This document shows, piece after piece, positions 1 through 11,878 of a stretch of DNA of 64,000 nt. Position numbers and translations under genes: made by a program. Each line of letters begins with the position of its first letter. Position 1 is the first letter of the stretch. Origin of the DNA: Bacillota bacterium (GTDB taxonomy: Bacteria; Bacillota; Clostridia; Clostridiales; Clostridiaceae); contig JAGFXP010000004.1 of assembly GCA_017861315.1 (NCBI GenBank), positions 10,329 through 74,328 on the forward strand. The letters run 5' to 3'. Under the pieces are notes generated by a model. The model did no database searches and had not been told where the DNA came from. It saw nothing but the letters and a program-made list of their open reading frames with translations.

Positions 1-693
1 GCTAGGGAAAAAGGGATCACGGTAATGTGCCATTCGGAAAACCACGATCTTTCAAAGGTGGACATGAGGCTTGCAGAAGATACGATGACCTGGAGGAACA
101 TAGCGCTGGGTGAATACTCAGGATGCGCTGTCCACATAGCCCATGTAAGCACCGTGGATTCCATGAGCTATATAGTTGAAGCGAAAGGCCGGGGAAGCAG
201 GATAAGCTGCGAGGTAGCTCCCCATCACATAGCTCTTACATCAGACGTGGTATACAGGGTGAACCCTCCTCTAAGGGAGCGGAGGGATGCTGACTACCTG
301 ATAAAATGCATCAGGGACGGTTACGTGGATGCCATAGCAACTGACCATGCACCTCACACTGCGGAGGACAAAAAGAATGGGTCTCCGGGGATGGTTGGTA
401 TAGAAACTGCGTTCCAAGTATGTTACACTAAGCTTGTATGCGAGGGGCACATAGATCTGCCTAGGCTTTCAGAGATAATGTCCAAAAGGCCCGCCGAGAT
501 AATCGGAGCAAACAAAGGGCAGATCAAGATAGGCTTTGACGGCGACCTGGTTCTCGTAGACCTTGAAAAGGACACTGTCATAACAAGCGGCAGCTTCCTG
601 TCAAAAGGCAGGAACACGCCTTTTGAAGGCTTCAAGGTAAAGGGAGAGGTAGCCAGGACATTCAAAGGCGGCAGACAGGTCTACCCGCTATAA
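1..693 (+). CDS. pyrC: dihydroorotase, C-terminal part (5' end lies outside the window; the frame is open from nt 1)
   Basis: Frame 1 is open from nt 1. The amidohydrolase motif DAIATDHAPH is present. It is followed by pyrF-pyrK-pyrD-pyrE. Confidence 0.85.
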   Translation, partial: AREKGITVMCHSENHDLSKVDMRLAEDTMTWRNIALGEYSGCAVHIAHVSTVDSMSYIVEAKGRGSRISCEVAPHHIALTSDVVYRVNPPLRERRDADYLIKCIRDGYVDAIATDHAPHTAEDKKNGSPGMVGIETAFQVCYTKLVCEGHIDLPRLSEIMSKRPAEIIGANKGQIKIGFDGDLVLVDLEKDTVITSGSFLSKGRNTPFEGFKVKGEVARTFKGGRQVYPL

Positions 694-713
694 ATTTCGG
701 AGGTATGTGATTT

Positions 714-1580
714 ATGATTATTGACAGATTATACGATAGTGTTGAGAAAAACGGCCACGTTTGCGTGGGGCTGGATACAGCGGTGGAATACCTGCCGGAT
801 ACCCTCCTCAAAAGCTCAAACTCAATCGAACAGGCCATGCTCAGGTTCAACCAGGAGATAATAGATGCAACGCTCGACGTAGCTTCCTGCTTCAAGGTCC
901 AGATAGCCTACTACGAGGCTATGGGTATGAAAGGCATGCAGCTCTATAAGGATACGCTGGATTACCTGAGGAAAAGAAATGCGATAATAATTGCCGACAT
1001 AAAAAGAGGGGACATTTCGAAGACCGCGGAGATGTACGCCAAGGCTCATTTCGAGGGAGACTTCGAAAGCGATTTTGTTACACTGAGCCCTTACATGGGA
1101 CTTGACGGCATAGAGCCTTACCTCCCGTATGTGGAGAATAAGGAAAAAGGGCTGTTCGTGCTCGTCAGGACATCAAACAAAGGCGCAGCGGATATCCAGT
1201 ATATCGACACTGCCAGCAATACAAAGGTTTATAATGAAGTCGGAAGAAAAATACAGGAGATGGGCAACGGATACCTGGGAGACTGCGGATACAGCTCGAT
1301 AGGCGGAGTTGTCGGCTGCACGCACGGCAAAGAGGGGATGGAGCTCAGGAAGAGCCTGGACAGGATGTTCTTCCTAATACCTGGATACGGCGCCCAGGGA
1401 GGTACTGCCGAGGATGTCGCGCTCTACCTTAAAGACGGAAACGGCGGCGTGGTAAACTCTTCGAGAGGAATACTGCTCGCTTACAGGAAGCAGGAGGGCG
1501 GCGAAGCAAGGTTCGCTGAATGCTCAAGAGCCGAAGCTGTAAGGATGAGGGACGATATCCTTAAAGCGGTAAATAAATAG
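714..1580 (+). CDS. pyrF: orotidine 5'-phosphate decarboxylase (long, type 2)
   Basis: Active-site motif IIADIKRGDI, about 288 aa, pyr operon context. Confidence 0.9.
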   Translation: MIIDRLYDSVEKNGHVCVGLDTAVEYLPDTLLKSSNSIEQAMLRFNQEIIDATLDVASCFKVQIAYYEAMGMKGMQLYKDTLDYLRKRNAIIIADIKRGDISKTAEMYAKAHFEGDFESDFVTLSPYMGLDGIEPYLPYVENKEKGLFVLVRTSNKGAADIQYIDTASNTKVYNEVGRKIQEMGNGYLGDCGYSSIGGVVGCTHGKEGMELRKSLDRMFFLIPGYGAQGGTAEDVALYLKDGNGGVVNSSRGILLAYRKQEGGEARFAECSRAEAVRMRDDILKAVNK

Positions 1581-1582
1581 AA

Positions 1583-2341
1583 ATGGGGAATCAGATGATG
1601 GCGAATCCGAAATTAACATACTCAAAAGAGAAGATAGCTGAGAACATAAGAATCAATGATTCCACCTACAGGATAGTGCTCAAGGGAAAGTTCGAAGGAA
1701 AGCCAGGACAGTTCTACATGCTGCGCGGCTGGGGCAGCGAACCGCTCCTTTCAAGGCCCATAAGCATTAACAACCTGTATGAAGACAGCATCGAATTCAT
1801 GTACCAGGTAGTCGGAGAAGGAACGAGGATACTGAAAAACCTCAGGCCAGGGGATGAACTTGAGATCACGGGACCTCTCGGCAACGGGTTTGACATAGAC
1901 AGCATAAAAGGAAAGGTCGCAGTTGTGGCTGGCGGAATCGGAACGGCTCCGATGAGCTTCGTGGTAAAGAGCCTCAAGAATTCAGAGGTGACGGCATTCT
2001 ACGGCTTCAGGGACCAGGTGTACTGCACTGATGAAATTGGCAGGTATGTGAAAGAGCTTAATATTTCAACCGAAGACGGAAGCGTGGGGCACAAGGGCTA
2101 CGTGACAGACATGTTCAAGCCTGAGCTGTTCGATGCGGTCCTTTGCTGCGGACCTGAAGTCATGATGAAGAAGGTTGTGGATATGTGCAGGGAGAAGAAT
2201 GTGGTTGTCTATGCCTCAATGGAAAAGCACATGGCCTGCGGAGTTGGAGCTTGCCTTGTATGCACATGCAAGACTACGGGCGGGAACAAGAGAGCCTGCA
2301 AGGAAGGCCCGGTTTTCAGGGGAGAGGACCTTGTGCTCTAG
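1583..2341 (+). CDS. pyrK: dihydroorotate dehydrogenase B electron-transfer subunit
   Basis: FAD motif RPISI and C-terminal 2Fe-2S cysteines CGVGACLVCTC...C. The true start may be ATG 1595/1598, which has a GGGGAA Shine-Dalgarno (SD) sequence. Confidence 0.9.
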   Translation: MGNQMMANPKLTYSKEKIAENIRINDSTYRIVLKGKFEGKPGQFYMLRGWGSEPLLSRPISINNLYEDSIEFMYQVVGEGTRILKNLRPGDELEITGPLGNGFDIDSIKGKVAVVAGGIGTAPMSFVVKSLKNSEVTAFYGFRDQVYCTDEIGRYVKELNISTEDGSVGHKGYVTDMFKPELFDAVLCCGPEVMMKKVVDMCREKNVVVYASMEKHMACGVGACLVCTCKTTGGNKRACKEGPVFRGEDLVL

Positions 2342-2369
2342 ACCCAATTAAATGTGAAGGAGAAATAGT

Positions 2370-3266
2370 ATGCTGAAGGTTGAAATTTGTGGGATAGAAT
2401 TTAAAAATCCGGTAATCGCTGCTTCAGGAACCTTCGGGTTTGGAGCTGAATACGGTCAGATATATGATGTCTCAAAGCTCGGCGGAATATCGTCAAAAGG
2501 CCTGACCCTCAATCCGAAGGAAGGGAACAGCGGCCTCAGGGTGTTTGAAACAAGAGCAGGGATGATGAACAGTGTCGGGCTTCAGAATCCGGGAGTTGAC
2601 GGTTTCATAGATAAAGAGCTTGAAGAGATGAAGAAGCTGGATACTGTTGTGATAGCAAACCTCGGCGGAAACACTCTGGAAGAATACCTGACAGGCGTGG
2701 ATAAGCTGAACCGCTCTGCTGTTGATATGATAGAATTGAACATATCCTGTCCCAACGTGAAGCACGGAGGGATGGCATTCGGGATCAAGGCGGATGTTGC
2801 TTACGATGTGGTGAGCGAAGTGAGGAAAATGTGCAGGAAGCCGCTGATAGTGAAGCTTTCGCCTAATGCGGAGGATATTGTCGACATGGCATATAAATGC
2901 TGCGAAGCCGGCGCAGACTCCATATCGCTGGTGAACACATTCAAGGCTATGGCTATAGACATAAACAGTAGAAAACCTGTTTTTGACAACGTGACTGCAG
3001 GGCTTTCCGGGCCTGCGATCAAGCCTATAGCGCTCAGGATGGTTTACGAGGTGTCAAAGGCTGTGGATGTTCCGGTAATCGGACTCGGCGGCATCGCTTC
3101 CGCAAAGGATGCGATAGAATTCATAATGGCCGGAGCTGCAGCGGTTCAGGTTGGAACAGCAAATTTCATGAAGCCTGACATATGCCTCGATATCATAAAC
3201 GGCATAGAGGAATTCATGAAAAAAGAAAATATAAAAGATTTAAAGGAAATCACAGGCTGTATATAG
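2370..3266 (+). CDS. pyrD: dihydroorotate dehydrogenase B catalytic subunit (class 1B)
   Basis: Motifs GLQNPG and ELNISCPNV (catalytic Cys); AAGGAG RBS. Confidence 0.93.
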   Translation: MLKVEICGIEFKNPVIAASGTFGFGAEYGQIYDVSKLGGISSKGLTLNPKEGNSGLRVFETRAGMMNSVGLQNPGVDGFIDKELEEMKKLDTVVIANLGGNTLEEYLTGVDKLNRSAVDMIELNISCPNVKHGGMAFGIKADVAYDVVSEVRKMCRKPLIVKLSPNAEDIVDMAYKCCEAGADSISLVNTFKAMAIDINSRKPVFDNVTAGLSGPAIKPIALRMVYEVSKAVDVPVIGLGGIASAKDAIEFIMAGAAAVQVGTANFMKPDICLDIINGIEEFMKKENIKDLKEITGCI

Positions 3267-3302
3267 AAATACATTCTGGCAATAATTTTAGGAGGAAATA
3301 AT

Positions 3303-3881
3303 ATGGATAACGATAAAATGGTTATAGATACTTTGAGGGAATCAGAAGCGCTTTTGGACGGACATTTCCTGCTGTCTTCAGGAAGACACAGCGACCGTTA
3401 CTGCCAGTGCGCAAAGCTTCTCCAGTATCCGGATAAGGCTGAGAAGGTACTCAAGGTGGTTGCCGACAAGCTCAAGGATGTAGATTTTGACTTGGTTGTA
3501 GGGCCTGCCATGGGCGGAGTTGTTGTAGCTTACGAGTTGGCAAGGCAGGTTAAAAAGCCCGGAATATTTGCCGAAAGAGCAGACGGCGAGATGACAATAA
3601 GAAGAGGCTTTGAAATAAAAAAAGGCCAGAAGATCATAATTTCAGAGGATGTAATCACTACCGGAAAATCTTCCCTTGAGGTCGCAAAGGTAATCCAGGA
3701 AATGGGCGGAGAAGTTGTAGGGTTGGCCTGCATAGTAGACAGAAGGGCTGAAGGCGTAAGTTTCCCATATCCTATTTACAGCGCAGTAAAACTTGAGATA
3801 AAATCATATGAGAAGGATGTTTGCCCTATGTGCAAAGAGGGAACACCTTACGTAAAGCCGGGAAGCAGAAATATAAAATAG
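3303..3881 (+). CDS. pyrE: orotate phosphoribosyltransferase
   Basis: PRPP-binding motif [22 protein letters not shown]. Confidence 0.93.
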   Translation: MDNDKMVIDTLRESEALLDGHFLLSSGRHSDRYCQCAKLLQYPDKAEKVLKVVADKLKDVDFDLVVGPAMGGVVVAYELARQVKKPGIFAERADGEMTIRRGFEIKKGQKIIISEDVITTGKSSLEVAKVIQEMGGEVVGLACIVDRRAEGVSFPYPIYSAVKLEIKSYEKDVCPMCKEGTPYVKPGSRNIK

Positions 3882-3923
3882 TCAATTAGATATGGCGCAT
3901 TATAACCATGGGGAGGAGTTTTA

Positions 3924-4703
3924 GTGGCAAAGCCGAGTATTTTTAGCAAGGATTACCAGAAGAGGATGAGAAGAAGAAGGACGGGTTTTGCCCTTCTTAT
4001 AGTTGCTGCGTTAGTAGTTGCCGCTGCAGCATTCATGGCAGGCAAGAACTTCCTGTCAAACGGGAACCAGCAGCCATCGAATAATACGGCATCCGTAGAA
4101 GAAGAGAAAGAAGCGGACAAAACAACCGCTACCGATAAAACTGCGAACGAAACGAAAGAAGCGGAGACACCGAAGGAAGAAGGCTTTGAGTTCAAGCTGG
4201 CCGACGGGACTTCAATGAAGGCGGTTTACACCGCAACCGGAACAGTAACGAAATTCCAGTACGTTTCGCCGAAGGAAAAGAATGTATACTACAACATAAA
4301 TCCTGCAGGCGACAAGATCGTCGTCTTCGACAGCGGAGCTCAGAGTATGCTTATCATAGACAGCACAGGAAAGGTCCAGGACATAACAAACCCGGCTTAT
4401 ACATCCAGCTCAGGGCAGGTCATAACCAAAGAGAGCGTGCTCGGATCGAACAAAAGCTACATGTGGTGCAGTTCTCCCGCGTTCATAAGCGACACGGCGG
4501 TTGCCTATATTTCACAGCTTCCGTGGCTGAACAAAACGACAAAATATGTGTGGACGGTTGATTTGACCACAAGCAAGCACAAACAAGTCAGCAGCGTATC
4601 AGGTGAAAAAATCACCTTCGGAAAACTTGAAGCCAAGGGGCTGACGATGAACGCAGATGAAAGCGTATTCTACATCACGCCAGCAGGAAGTGCTGTGAAA
4701 TGA
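3924..4703 (+). CDS. hypothetical membrane-anchored protein (N-terminal TM helix, E/K/T-rich linker, extracytoplasmic beta-rich domain)
   Basis: GTG start 6 nt after GGAGGAG. The basic N-terminus is followed by LLIVAALVVAAAAFMA. No family recognised. Confidence 0.6.
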   Translation: MAKPSIFSKDYQKRMRRRRTGFALLIVAALVVAAAAFMAGKNFLSNGNQQPSNNTASVEEEKEADKTTATDKTANETKEAETPKEEGFEFKLADGTSMKAVYTATGTVTKFQYVSPKEKNVYYNINPAGDKIVVFDSGAQSMLIIDSTGKVQDITNPAYTSSSGQVITKESVLGSNKSYMWCSSPAFISDTAVAYISQLPWLNKTTKYVWTVDLTTSKHKQVSSVSGEKITFGKLEAKGLTMNADESVFYITPAGSAVK

Positions 4704-5482
4704 AGATAGGGCTTTCATCCGCCTGTTTCTACCCTGAGGTTCTAACCGAGGACAGCATAAAGCTGATAACGGATATAGGTTTCAACACCGGGGAGATATT
4801 TTTGAATTCAAACAGCGAGTACGAGGATGGATTCATAGGGATACTTAATGAGGAAAGGCTCAGGCACGGATTTGAAATCAAATCTGTACACAGCTTTTCC
4901 TCTGCATTTGAGCCATACCTCTTTGAGATATACGACCGGCGCCGCCAGGATATGTTCAAATATTTCAAAAAAGTATGCAGGGCGGCAAAACTTCTGGGGG
5001 CCGACTATTACACTTTCCACGGCATGAGAAAAGTTGATTTCAACTCGATGAACAGGCAGCACGTAGTGGATATTTATGACAAGCTGATCTACACCGCCTT
5101 GGAGGAAGGTGTGGTGCTTGCCCAGGAAAATGTATCCTGGTGCATGTCTTCGGACACAAGGTTTCTGGAGCTCTTGAGGGACAGGTGCAGGTATCCCGTG
5201 AAGTACACTCTTGATATAAAGCAGTCCTTCAGGGCAGGGGTGGATCTGCAGTCATACCTGGATGCGATGGGCGGGGATCTGGTGAATCTCCATGTCAACG
5301 ACAGGAATGAGGACAGGCACTGTCTCCTGCCGGGTATGGGCAGCGTTGATTATGAGGAATTGCTCAAAAAATTGACGGCAATAGGCTACAAAGGCGACAT
5401 GATAATAGAAGTTTACAGGGAAAATTTCAAAAAATACGATGAATTAGCCTGTGCAAGGGACTTTTTGACCCGAAAATTGTGA
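4700..5482 (+). CDS. sugar phosphate isomerase/epimerase (xylose-isomerase-like TIM barrel) family protein
   Basis: ATGA overlap with the upstream gene. Typical length and pattern (YYTFHG, AQENV, LHVNDR, IIEV) of the AP-endonuclease-2/TIM-barrel family. Confidence 0.7.
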   Translation: MKIGLSSACFYPEVLTEDSIKLITDIGFNTGEIFLNSNSEYEDGFIGILNEERLRHGFEIKSVHSFSSAFEPYLFEIYDRRRQDMFKYFKKVCRAAKLLGADYYTFHGMRKVDFNSMNRQHVVDIYDKLIYTALEEGVVLAQENVSWCMSSDTRFLELLRDRCRYPVKYTLDIKQSFRAGVDLQSYLDAMGGDLVNLHVNDRNEDRHCLLPGMGSVDYEELLKKLTAIGYKGDMIIEVYRENFKKYDELACARDFLTRKL

Positions 5483-5499
5483 AAATGATGCAAATAGGT

Positions 5500-5528
5500 T
5501 TGATAATTCATTGATATATGTATATAAT
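5500..5528 (+). promoter_or_regulatory. sigma-A type promoter for tig (TTGATA-17 nt-TATAAT)
   Basis: TTGATA at 5500-5505, 17-nt spacer, TATAAT at 5523-5528, about 70 nt upstream of the tig start. Confidence 0.5.
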
Positions 5529-5598
5529 TATATTTGCATACCTTTAAGGTGTGGACTGTCAATATATGCCATAAGGATATTTAGGAGGAATAAGAACA

Positions 5599-6891
5599 AT
5601 GAACGTAAAAGTGGACAAAATAGAGGCTAATGTGTATAAACTGGAGATCACAGTTGAAGCAGCTCAATTCAGTGAAGCAATGAATAAATCATATAAGAAA
5701 AATATGAATAAATTCAATGTACCGGGATTCAGAAAGGGAAAAGCTCCAATGAGCATAATCAAGAAATTTTATGGTGTAGAAGTTCTTTTTGATGATGCAA
5801 TTGACATAGTATGCGATGAAACATACCCTGTTGCTTTGGCTGAAAATGAAATAAAGCCTGTCGACTACCCTGGGATAGAGATCGTTCAGATAGGCGAAGG
5901 CAAGGACTTCATCTACACTGCAACTGTAACAGTAAAGCCAGAGGTTGAGCTGGGAGAATACAAGGGTGTTGAAGTTAAGAAACCTGTATACGAAGTTTCA
6001 GATGCTGAAATCGATGCTGAACTGATTTCAATGCAGGAAAAGAATGCAAGAGTTACAGCTAAAGAAGAGGGAACAGTTGAAAATGGAAACATTACTGTTA
6101 TAGACTTCAAAGGCTTTGTTGACGGAATAGCGTTCGAAGGCGGCACAGGAAGCAACTATGAGCTGGAAATAGGATCAGGCACTTTCATAGACAATTTCGA
6201 AGAACAGCTGATAGGCGCTGCAAAAGGCGAAACCAGAAACGTAAGCGTAACTTTCCCTGAAGATTACGGCAAGGAAGATTTAAACGGAAAGCCTGCAGTA
6301 TTCGAAGTTACTGTGCATGAGATAAAGGCAAAGGAGCTTCCTGCTTTAGACGATGAATTCGCAAAAGAAGTTTCAGAATTCGACACCATCGAAGAGATGA
6401 AAGCTGACCTTAAATCAAAAATGGAAGAATACAACAAGACAAGAGTTGAAAAAGAATACGAAAGCGCAGTTATTGATGCAGTTGTAGACAATGCAAAAGT
6501 AGAAATACCTGAGGCTATGATATCAAGAGAAATAGACAACATGCTTAAGGATCTTGAGATGAGACTTCAGTACCAGGGACTTGACCTCAAGACATACTAT
6601 GAATACACAAATACAACTGAAGAAAAAGCAAGGGAATTCATGAGAGAAGCTGCAGAGAAGAGAGTTAAGTCTGACCTTGTAATAGAAGCAGTAGCTAAAG
6701 TTGAGAATGTTGAAGCAACAGAAGAAGAGCTTTCAGCTAAAGCAAACGAGCTGGCAAAACACTACGGCGGCAAGGATGTAGAGAAGACAGTCAAAATGAT
6801 AATGGACGGACAGAGGGATTACCTTGAAACTGACGTTGTCAATGAAAAGGTAGTCAAACTGTTAGTAGACAGCAGCAAACCAACAGCATAA
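5599..6891 (+). CDS. tig: trigger factor
   Basis: Ribosome-binding signature GFRKGKAP, central FKBP-type domain, 430 aa, upstream of clpP-clpX. Confidence 0.95.
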   Translation: MNVKVDKIEANVYKLEITVEAAQFSEAMNKSYKKNMNKFNVPGFRKGKAPMSIIKKFYGVEVLFDDAIDIVCDETYPVALAENEIKPVDYPGIEIVQIGEGKDFIYTATVTVKPEVELGEYKGVEVKKPVYEVSDAEIDAELISMQEKNARVTAKEEGTVENGNITVIDFKGFVDGIAFEGGTGSNYELEIGSGTFIDNFEEQLIGAAKGETRNVSVTFPEDYGKEDLNGKPAVFEVTVHEIKAKELPALDDEFAKEVSEFDTIEEMKADLKSKMEEYNKTRVEKEYESAVIDAVVDNAKVEIPEAMISREIDNMLKDLEMRLQYQGLDLKTYYEYTNTTEEKAREFMREAAEKRVKSDLVIEAVAKVENVEATEEELSAKANELAKHYGGKDVEKTVKMIMDGQRDYLETDVVNEKVVKLLVDSSKPTA

Positions 6892-6907
6892 TATATAAAA
6901 ATATGAG

Positions 6908-6939
6908 TTAATTGCCAATTTATTTTGGCAATTAATTTT
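6908..6939 (+). terminator. rho-independent terminator after tig
   Basis: Stem TTAATTGCCAA / TTGGCAATTAA followed by TTTTA. Confidence 0.6.
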
Positions 6940-6959
6940 ATAAACGGGAGGATTGAAAA

Positions 6960-7544
6960 ATGAGTTTAGTACCGGTAGTTGTAGAACAAACAAACAGGGG
7001 TGAAAGATCCTACGATATCTACTCCAGACTTCTGAAGGACAGGATTATAATGTTGAGCGATCAGGTCAACGATGTTACTGCAAGCCTTGTAGTTGCTCAG
7101 CTTCTGTTCCTCGAAGCAGAGGATCCAGACAAAGATATATTCCTTTATATCAACAGTCCAGGCGGATCCATAACATCAGGAATGGCAATTTATGACACTA
7201 TGCAGCACATAAAACCGGATGTTTCCACTATATGTGTTGGAATGGCGGCATCCATGGGTGCGTTCCTTCTTGCTGCCGGGGCAAAAGGCAAGAGATATGC
7301 GCTGCCAAACAGTGAAATAATGATACATCAGCCTCTTGGAGGATTCCAGGGCCAGGCTACCGACATAGGGATTCATGCTGAAAGAATCTTAAGGATAAAG
7401 GACAACCTTAACAAGATTTTAAGCGAAAGAACAGGTCAGCCGTTGGAGAAAGTCGAAAAGGACACTGAAAGGGACAACTTCATGTCCGCGGAAGAAGCCA
7501 AAGCATACGGCCTGATCGACGATGTTTTTTACAAAAAGAAGTAG
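6960..7544 (+). CDS. clpP: ATP-dependent Clp protease proteolytic subunit
   Basis: GMAASMGAF (catalytic Ser) and MIHQPLGG (His) motifs. Confidence 0.97.
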   Translation: MSLVPVVVEQTNRGERSYDIYSRLLKDRIIMLSDQVNDVTASLVVAQLLFLEAEDPDKDIFLYINSPGGSITSGMAIYDTMQHIKPDVSTICVGMAASMGAFLLAAGAKGKRYALPNSEIMIHQPLGGFQGQATDIGIHAERILRIKDNLNKILSERTGQPLEKVEKDTERDNFMSAEEAKAYGLIDDVFYKKK

Positions 7545-7569
7545 CAAATAACCTTTAGAGAGGTGTAAT

Positions 7570-8859
7570 ATGGTCAAAATTGATGAAAAGAAGCAGTTAA
7601 AATGTTCATTTTGCGGTAAGACTCAAGACCAGGTGAGAAGATTAATTGCTGGACCAGGCGTATATATATGCGATGAGTGTATAGATCTATGCTCGGAAAT
7701 TATAAGCGATGAGTTTGAAGAGGATATACAGGTAGATGTAAGCTCCCTGCCAAAACCGTCAGAAATCAAGGAACATCTTGATCAGTATGTCATAGGACAG
7801 AAAGAGGCTAAGAAATCGCTTGCCGTTGCAGTTTACAACCATTACAAGAGGATCAACTCAAACCTCGAAAATGACGACGTTGAACTGCAGAAGAGCAACA
7901 TACTATTGCTCGGTCCCACAGGATCAGGTAAAACGTTGCTTGCCCAGACCCTGGCGAAATTCCTCAACGTTCCTTTCGCTATCGCAGATGCCACAACTCT
8001 TACAGAGGCTGGCTATGTAGGCGAGGACGTTGAAAACATTCTGCTTAAGCTCATTCAAAATGCAGATTATGACATTGAAAGAGCCGAAAAGGGAATAGTA
8101 TATATCGACGAAATTGATAAGATTGCAAGGAAATCAGAAAATCCTTCAATAACCAGGGATGTATCCGGCGAAGGCGTTCAGCAGGCGCTCCTTAAAATAT
8201 TGGAGGGGACTGTTGCTTCGGTTCCTCCTCAGGGAGGAAGAAAGCACCCTCATCAGGAGTTCATCCAGATAAACACTGCAAACATACTGTTCATCTGCGG
8301 AGGAGCTTTTGACGGAATCGACAAAATCATTGAGCAGAGAACGAGGGTAAGCTCTCTGGGCTTCGGTGCTGAAATCCATTCGAAGAAACAGAAGGACGTT
8401 GGAGTTCTGCTCAAGGATATCATGCCTGGCGACCTCCTTAAGTTCGGATTGATACCTGAGTTTGTAGGAAGGCTTCCGATAGTTGTAACACTGGAAGCTC
8501 TTGATAAGAAAGCTCTCGTAAGCATCCTGAGCGAGCCTAAGAATGCTCTTGTCAAACAGTACAGGAAGCTTTTCGAGATGGACAATGTTGAACTCGAATT
8601 CTCAGAAGACGCACTCCAGGCGATTGCGGAAGAGGCGATGAAGAGAAATACAGGAGCCAGAGGTCTCAGAGCCATCATCGAAGACACCATGAAGGACATA
8701 ATGTTCGAAATCCCTTCAAGAGAGGAGATAGCGAAGGTTATCGTCACAAAGGATACGGTCGAAAAGAAGGTTCCTGAGCTCATAATGGCTGAGGGAGACA
8801 AGAGGCAGCCTCTCAAAGTTAAAAAGGCAAGAAACAGAAAAGGACCTGAAACAGCGTAG
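7570..8859 (+). CDS. clpX: ATP-dependent Clp protease ATP-binding subunit ClpX
   Basis: Zinc finger CSFCGK...CDEC, Walker A GPTGSGKT, Walker [10 protein letters not shown]. Confidence 0.97.
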   Translation: MVKIDEKKQLKCSFCGKTQDQVRRLIAGPGVYICDECIDLCSEIISDEFEEDIQVDVSSLPKPSEIKEHLDQYVIGQKEAKKSLAVAVYNHYKRINSNLENDDVELQKSNILLLGPTGSGKTLLAQTLAKFLNVPFAIADATTLTEAGYVGEDVENILLKLIQNADYDIERAEKGIVYIDEIDKIARKSENPSITRDVSGEGVQQALLKILEGTVASVPPQGGRKHPHQEFIQINTANILFICGGAFDGIDKIIEQRTRVSSLGFGAEIHSKKQKDVGVLLKDIMPGDLLKFGLIPEFVGRLPIVVTLEALDKKALVSILSEPKNALVKQYRKLFEMDNVELEFSEDALQAIAEEAMKRNTGARGLRAIIEDTMKDIMFEIPSREEIAKVIVTKDTVEKKVPELIMAEGDKRQPLKVKKARNRKGPETA

Positions 8860-8865
8860 TAAATA

Positions 8866-8910
8866 AAAACATATAATAATTAGTTTCAGCTAATTATTAT
8901 ATGTTTTATT
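8866..8910 (+). terminator. rho-independent terminator after clpX (AT-rich 16-18 bp stem)
   Basis: AAAACATATAATAATTAG / CTAATTATTATATGTTTT followed by a T-rich tail. Confidence 0.6.
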
Positions 8911-8939
8911 TGTAATTACAATAAAGTTAGGAGATAAGT

Positions 8940-11261
8940 ATGGAGAATAACAGAGTGATTCTGCCTCTTATTCCATTAAGGGGTATAACGATTTTTCCTT
9001 ACATGGTACTTCATTTTGATGTCGGCAGGGAAAAATCAATAGCGGCACTGGAAGAAGCCATGATATCAAAGCAGAAAATATTCCTTGTAACCCAGAAAGA
9101 TGCAAGGATTGAGGAACCGGGCCTGGAAGATATATTCGAAATGGGAACTGTCTGCAGCATAAAGCAGATATTGAAGCTGCCGGGTGAAACAGTGAGGGTA
9201 TTGGTTGAAGGAGAAGTCAGGGCAAAGCTTGACCAGCTGGTGCAGGCAGAGCCGTTTTTTACAGCCAAAATAGAAATATTGGAGGATTCCGACGAAAAGG
9301 CGGACAAGAAAACCGAGGCGCTGATGCGTTCGGTTAGAAAGAGCTTTGACGAATATGTGAAGCTTTCAGGAAGCATCCCCTTTGAGATAATCCTCACACT
9401 TGACGAGCTTGAAAATCCTGGGAGGTTTTCTGATGTCGTGAGTTCCTACCTCATGCTGAAACAGGATAAGAAGCAGGAGCTGCTGGAAGCCTTCGATGTG
9501 TATCTGAGACTTACAAAGCTTCTTGAAATCCTGAAAAATGAAGTGGACATAATAAAGCTTGAAAAAAAGATAGGCGTGAAAGTCAAAAGCAAAATTGACA
9601 AGGTTCAGAAGGACTATTACCTCAGGGAACAGCTGAAGGCGATCCAGGAGGAGCTCGGCGAAGAGGATGAGGACAAGAAGGAAATAAGGACCTACACAGA
9701 AAAGATAAACAAGGCTAAATTGCCTAAGGCGGTCAAGGAGAAGGCTTTCTACGAGCTGGACAGGCTGAAAAACAGCGGTACCTATTCTGCGGAAGGCGGA
9801 GTGATCAGGTCATATCTCGACTGGATACTCGATCTCCCTTGGAGCAAGGAAACCAAAGATAACCTTAACATTAAAAATGCCAGGGAGATACTCGAAAAGG
9901 AGCATTTCGGGCTTGAAGATGTAAAAAACAGGATAATAGAATACCTTGCAGTCAAGCAGATGAGCAAATCGCTGAAGGGACCTATACTCTGTTTTGTAGG
10001 GCCTCCGGGAGTGGGCAAAACATCCATAGCCAAATCCATAGCGCATGCTGTCAACAGGAATTTCGTAAGGATGTCGCTCGGCGGGGTAAAGGATGAGGCT
10101 GAAATCAGAGGCCACAGAAAAACGTATGTGGGCGCTATACCGGGAAGGATAATCTATTCCATGAAGCAGGCGAAGTCCAGGAACCCGCTTTTCCTTCTTG
10201 ACGAGATAGACAAGATGAGCGGCGATTTCAGAGGAGATCCTGCCGATGCACTGCTTGAGGTGCTGGACAGCGAGCAGAACAACACGTTCAGGGACCATTA
10301 CATGGAGCTCGAATTCGACCTCTCGAATGTGATGTTCATAACCACAGCTAACAGGCTTGACACTATTCCAAGGCCTCTCCTCGACAGGATGGAAATAATA
10401 GAGATTTCAGGCTACACATCGGAAGAAAAGCTGAACATAGCAAAGCAGCATCTAATCCCAAGGAAGCTCAAGGAGCACAATGTTACTGAAGATCAGATAA
10501 AGATACATGATTCCGCGATCAGCCTCATCATAGAGAATTACACGAGGGAATCCGGAGTCAGAAACCTGGAAAGAAAGATCTCCGACCTTATACGAAAAGC
10601 TATCTCCGAGATGCTGGAGATGGACAAGAAGAGGATAGTAATTAATGCAAACAAGGTTAAGGCTTACCTTGGCCCTATTTTCTACACTTACGACATGGCC
10701 GAGAAAGAGGACAGGATAGGCGTTGTTACAGGAATGGCCTGGACAGAATACGGCGGAGATACACTGCCGGTTGAAGTAACAGTCATGCCTGGCACAGGCA
10801 AGCTGGAGCTTACAGGACAGCTTGGAGACGTAATGAAGGAATCCGGAAGGGCAGGCTACAGCTATATCAGGGCCAATGCGGACAAGTACGGGATAAATCC
10901 GGACTTCTACAAGGACAAGGACATCCATGTTCACGTGCCTGAGGGAGCAGTGCCTAAAGACGGCCCTTCTGCTGGAGTAACAATGGTGACAGCCATCGTT
11001 TCTGCATTGAGCTCGACGAAGGTGAAGCATAACATCGCTATGACAGGAGAAATAACGCTTACAGGACGAGTTCTTCCTATAGGCGGCCTCAAAGAGAAAT
11101 CGCTGGCTGCTTACAGGGCTGGAATAGATACCCTGATAATCCCTAAGGCAAACGAGAAGGATCTGTTGAAAATACCTAAGACCGTCAAGAGTAAACTCAA
11201 ATTCATCCTTGCGGACAATATAGATACGGTTCTGGAAAACACATTGGTAAAAAATGATTAA
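8940..11261 (+). CDS. lon: endopeptidase La (Lon protease)
   Basis: Walker [10 protein letters not shown], protease serine motif PKDGPSAGV, 773 aa. Confidence 0.97.
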   Translation: MENNRVILPLIPLRGITIFPYMVLHFDVGREKSIAALEEAMISKQKIFLVTQKDARIEEPGLEDIFEMGTVCSIKQILKLPGETVRVLVEGEVRAKLDQLVQAEPFFTAKIEILEDSDEKADKKTEALMRSVRKSFDEYVKLSGSIPFEIILTLDELENPGRFSDVVSSYLMLKQDKKQELLEAFDVYLRLTKLLEILKNEVDIIKLEKKIGVKVKSKIDKVQKDYYLREQLKAIQEELGEEDEDKKEIRTYTEKINKAKLPKAVKEKAFYELDRLKNSGTYSAEGGVIRSYLDWILDLPWSKETKDNLNIKNAREILEKEHFGLEDVKNRIIEYLAVKQMSKSLKGPILCFVGPPGVGKTSIAKSIAHAVNRNFVRMSLGGVKDEAEIRGHRKTYVGAIPGRIIYSMKQAKSRNPLFLLDEIDKMSGDFRGDPADALLEVLDSEQNNTFRDHYMELEFDLSNVMFITTANRLDTIPRPLLDRMEIIEISGYTSEEKLNIAKQHLIPRKLKEHNVTEDQIKIHDSAISLIIENYTRESGVRNLERKISDLIRKAISEMLEMDKKRIVINANKVKAYLGPIFYTYDMAEKEDRIGVVTGMAWTEYGGDTLPVEVTVMPGTGKLELTGQLGDVMKESGRAGYSYIRANADKYGINPDFYKDKDIHVHVPEGAVPKDGPSAGVTMVTAIVSALSSTKVKHNIAMTGEITLTGRVLPIGGLKEKSLAAYRAGIDTLIIPKANEKDLLKIPKTVKSKLKFILADNIDTVLENTLVKND

Positions 11262-11275
11262 TTGGAGATGGTTAA

Positions 11276-11866
11276 ATGGAAATTAAACAGTCAGAGTTTA
11301 TAACATCTGCAGTGAAACCGGAACAGTATCCGACAGACAACAGGCTGGAGATAGCTTTTGTGGGAAGATCAAACGTAGGAAAATCCTCGCTTATCAACTC
11401 GCTTACTAACAGGAGGAAGCTGGTTAAGGTTAGCGGCACTCCGGGAAAGACAAGGCTGGTAAACTTCTTCCTTATAAACAATGAATTCTATTTCGTGGAT
11501 CTTCCGGGATACGGATATGCTAAAGTTTCAAAAAAGGAGAAGGAGAGCTGGGGTAAAGTAATAGAGACTTATCTTGTCAACAGGGCTCAGCTCAAAAGGA
11601 TAATACTCCTGGTGGACTGCAGGCATAAACCGTCAGAGGATGACAAGCTTATGTACAGTTTTATCAAGCATTATGGATATTCCTGCACAGTTGTCGCTAC
11701 AAAAACCGACAAGCTTACAAAAAATGAGCTAAGAAAAAACATAGCTATGCTTAAGACGGAGCTGAACCTTGAGGAAGGGGACTCGCTTCTCTTGTTTTCA
11801 TCCCTCAACAAATCGGGAAAAGAGGAGCTGCTCGAGAACATCGATAGCGCATTAAAGGAGATTTAG
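11276..11866 (+). CDS. engB: ribosome biogenesis GTP-binding protein YihA/YsxC
   Basis: G1 [10 protein letters not shown]3 DLPGYG, G4 TKTDK; conserved position after lon. Confidence 0.9.
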   Translation: MEIKQSEFITSAVKPEQYPTDNRLEIAFVGRSNVGKSSLINSLTNRRKLVKVSGTPGKTRLVNFFLINNEFYFVDLPGYGYAKVSKKEKESWGKVIETYLVNRAQLKRIILLVDCRHKPSEDDKLMYSFIKHYGYSCTVVATKTDKLTKNELRKNIAMLKTELNLEEGDSLLLFSSLNKSGKEELLENIDSALKEI

Positions 11867-11878
11867 GAGAGTATAAGG

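Noticed and set aside
8253-8816. Long minus-strand ORFs inside clpX, lon (9810-10298, 10452-11030), the M16 peptidase (32565-33215), opp genes (62500-63082) and others
   Set aside because: All are antisense to confidently identified genes. Their composition is Ser/Leu/Pro-rich.
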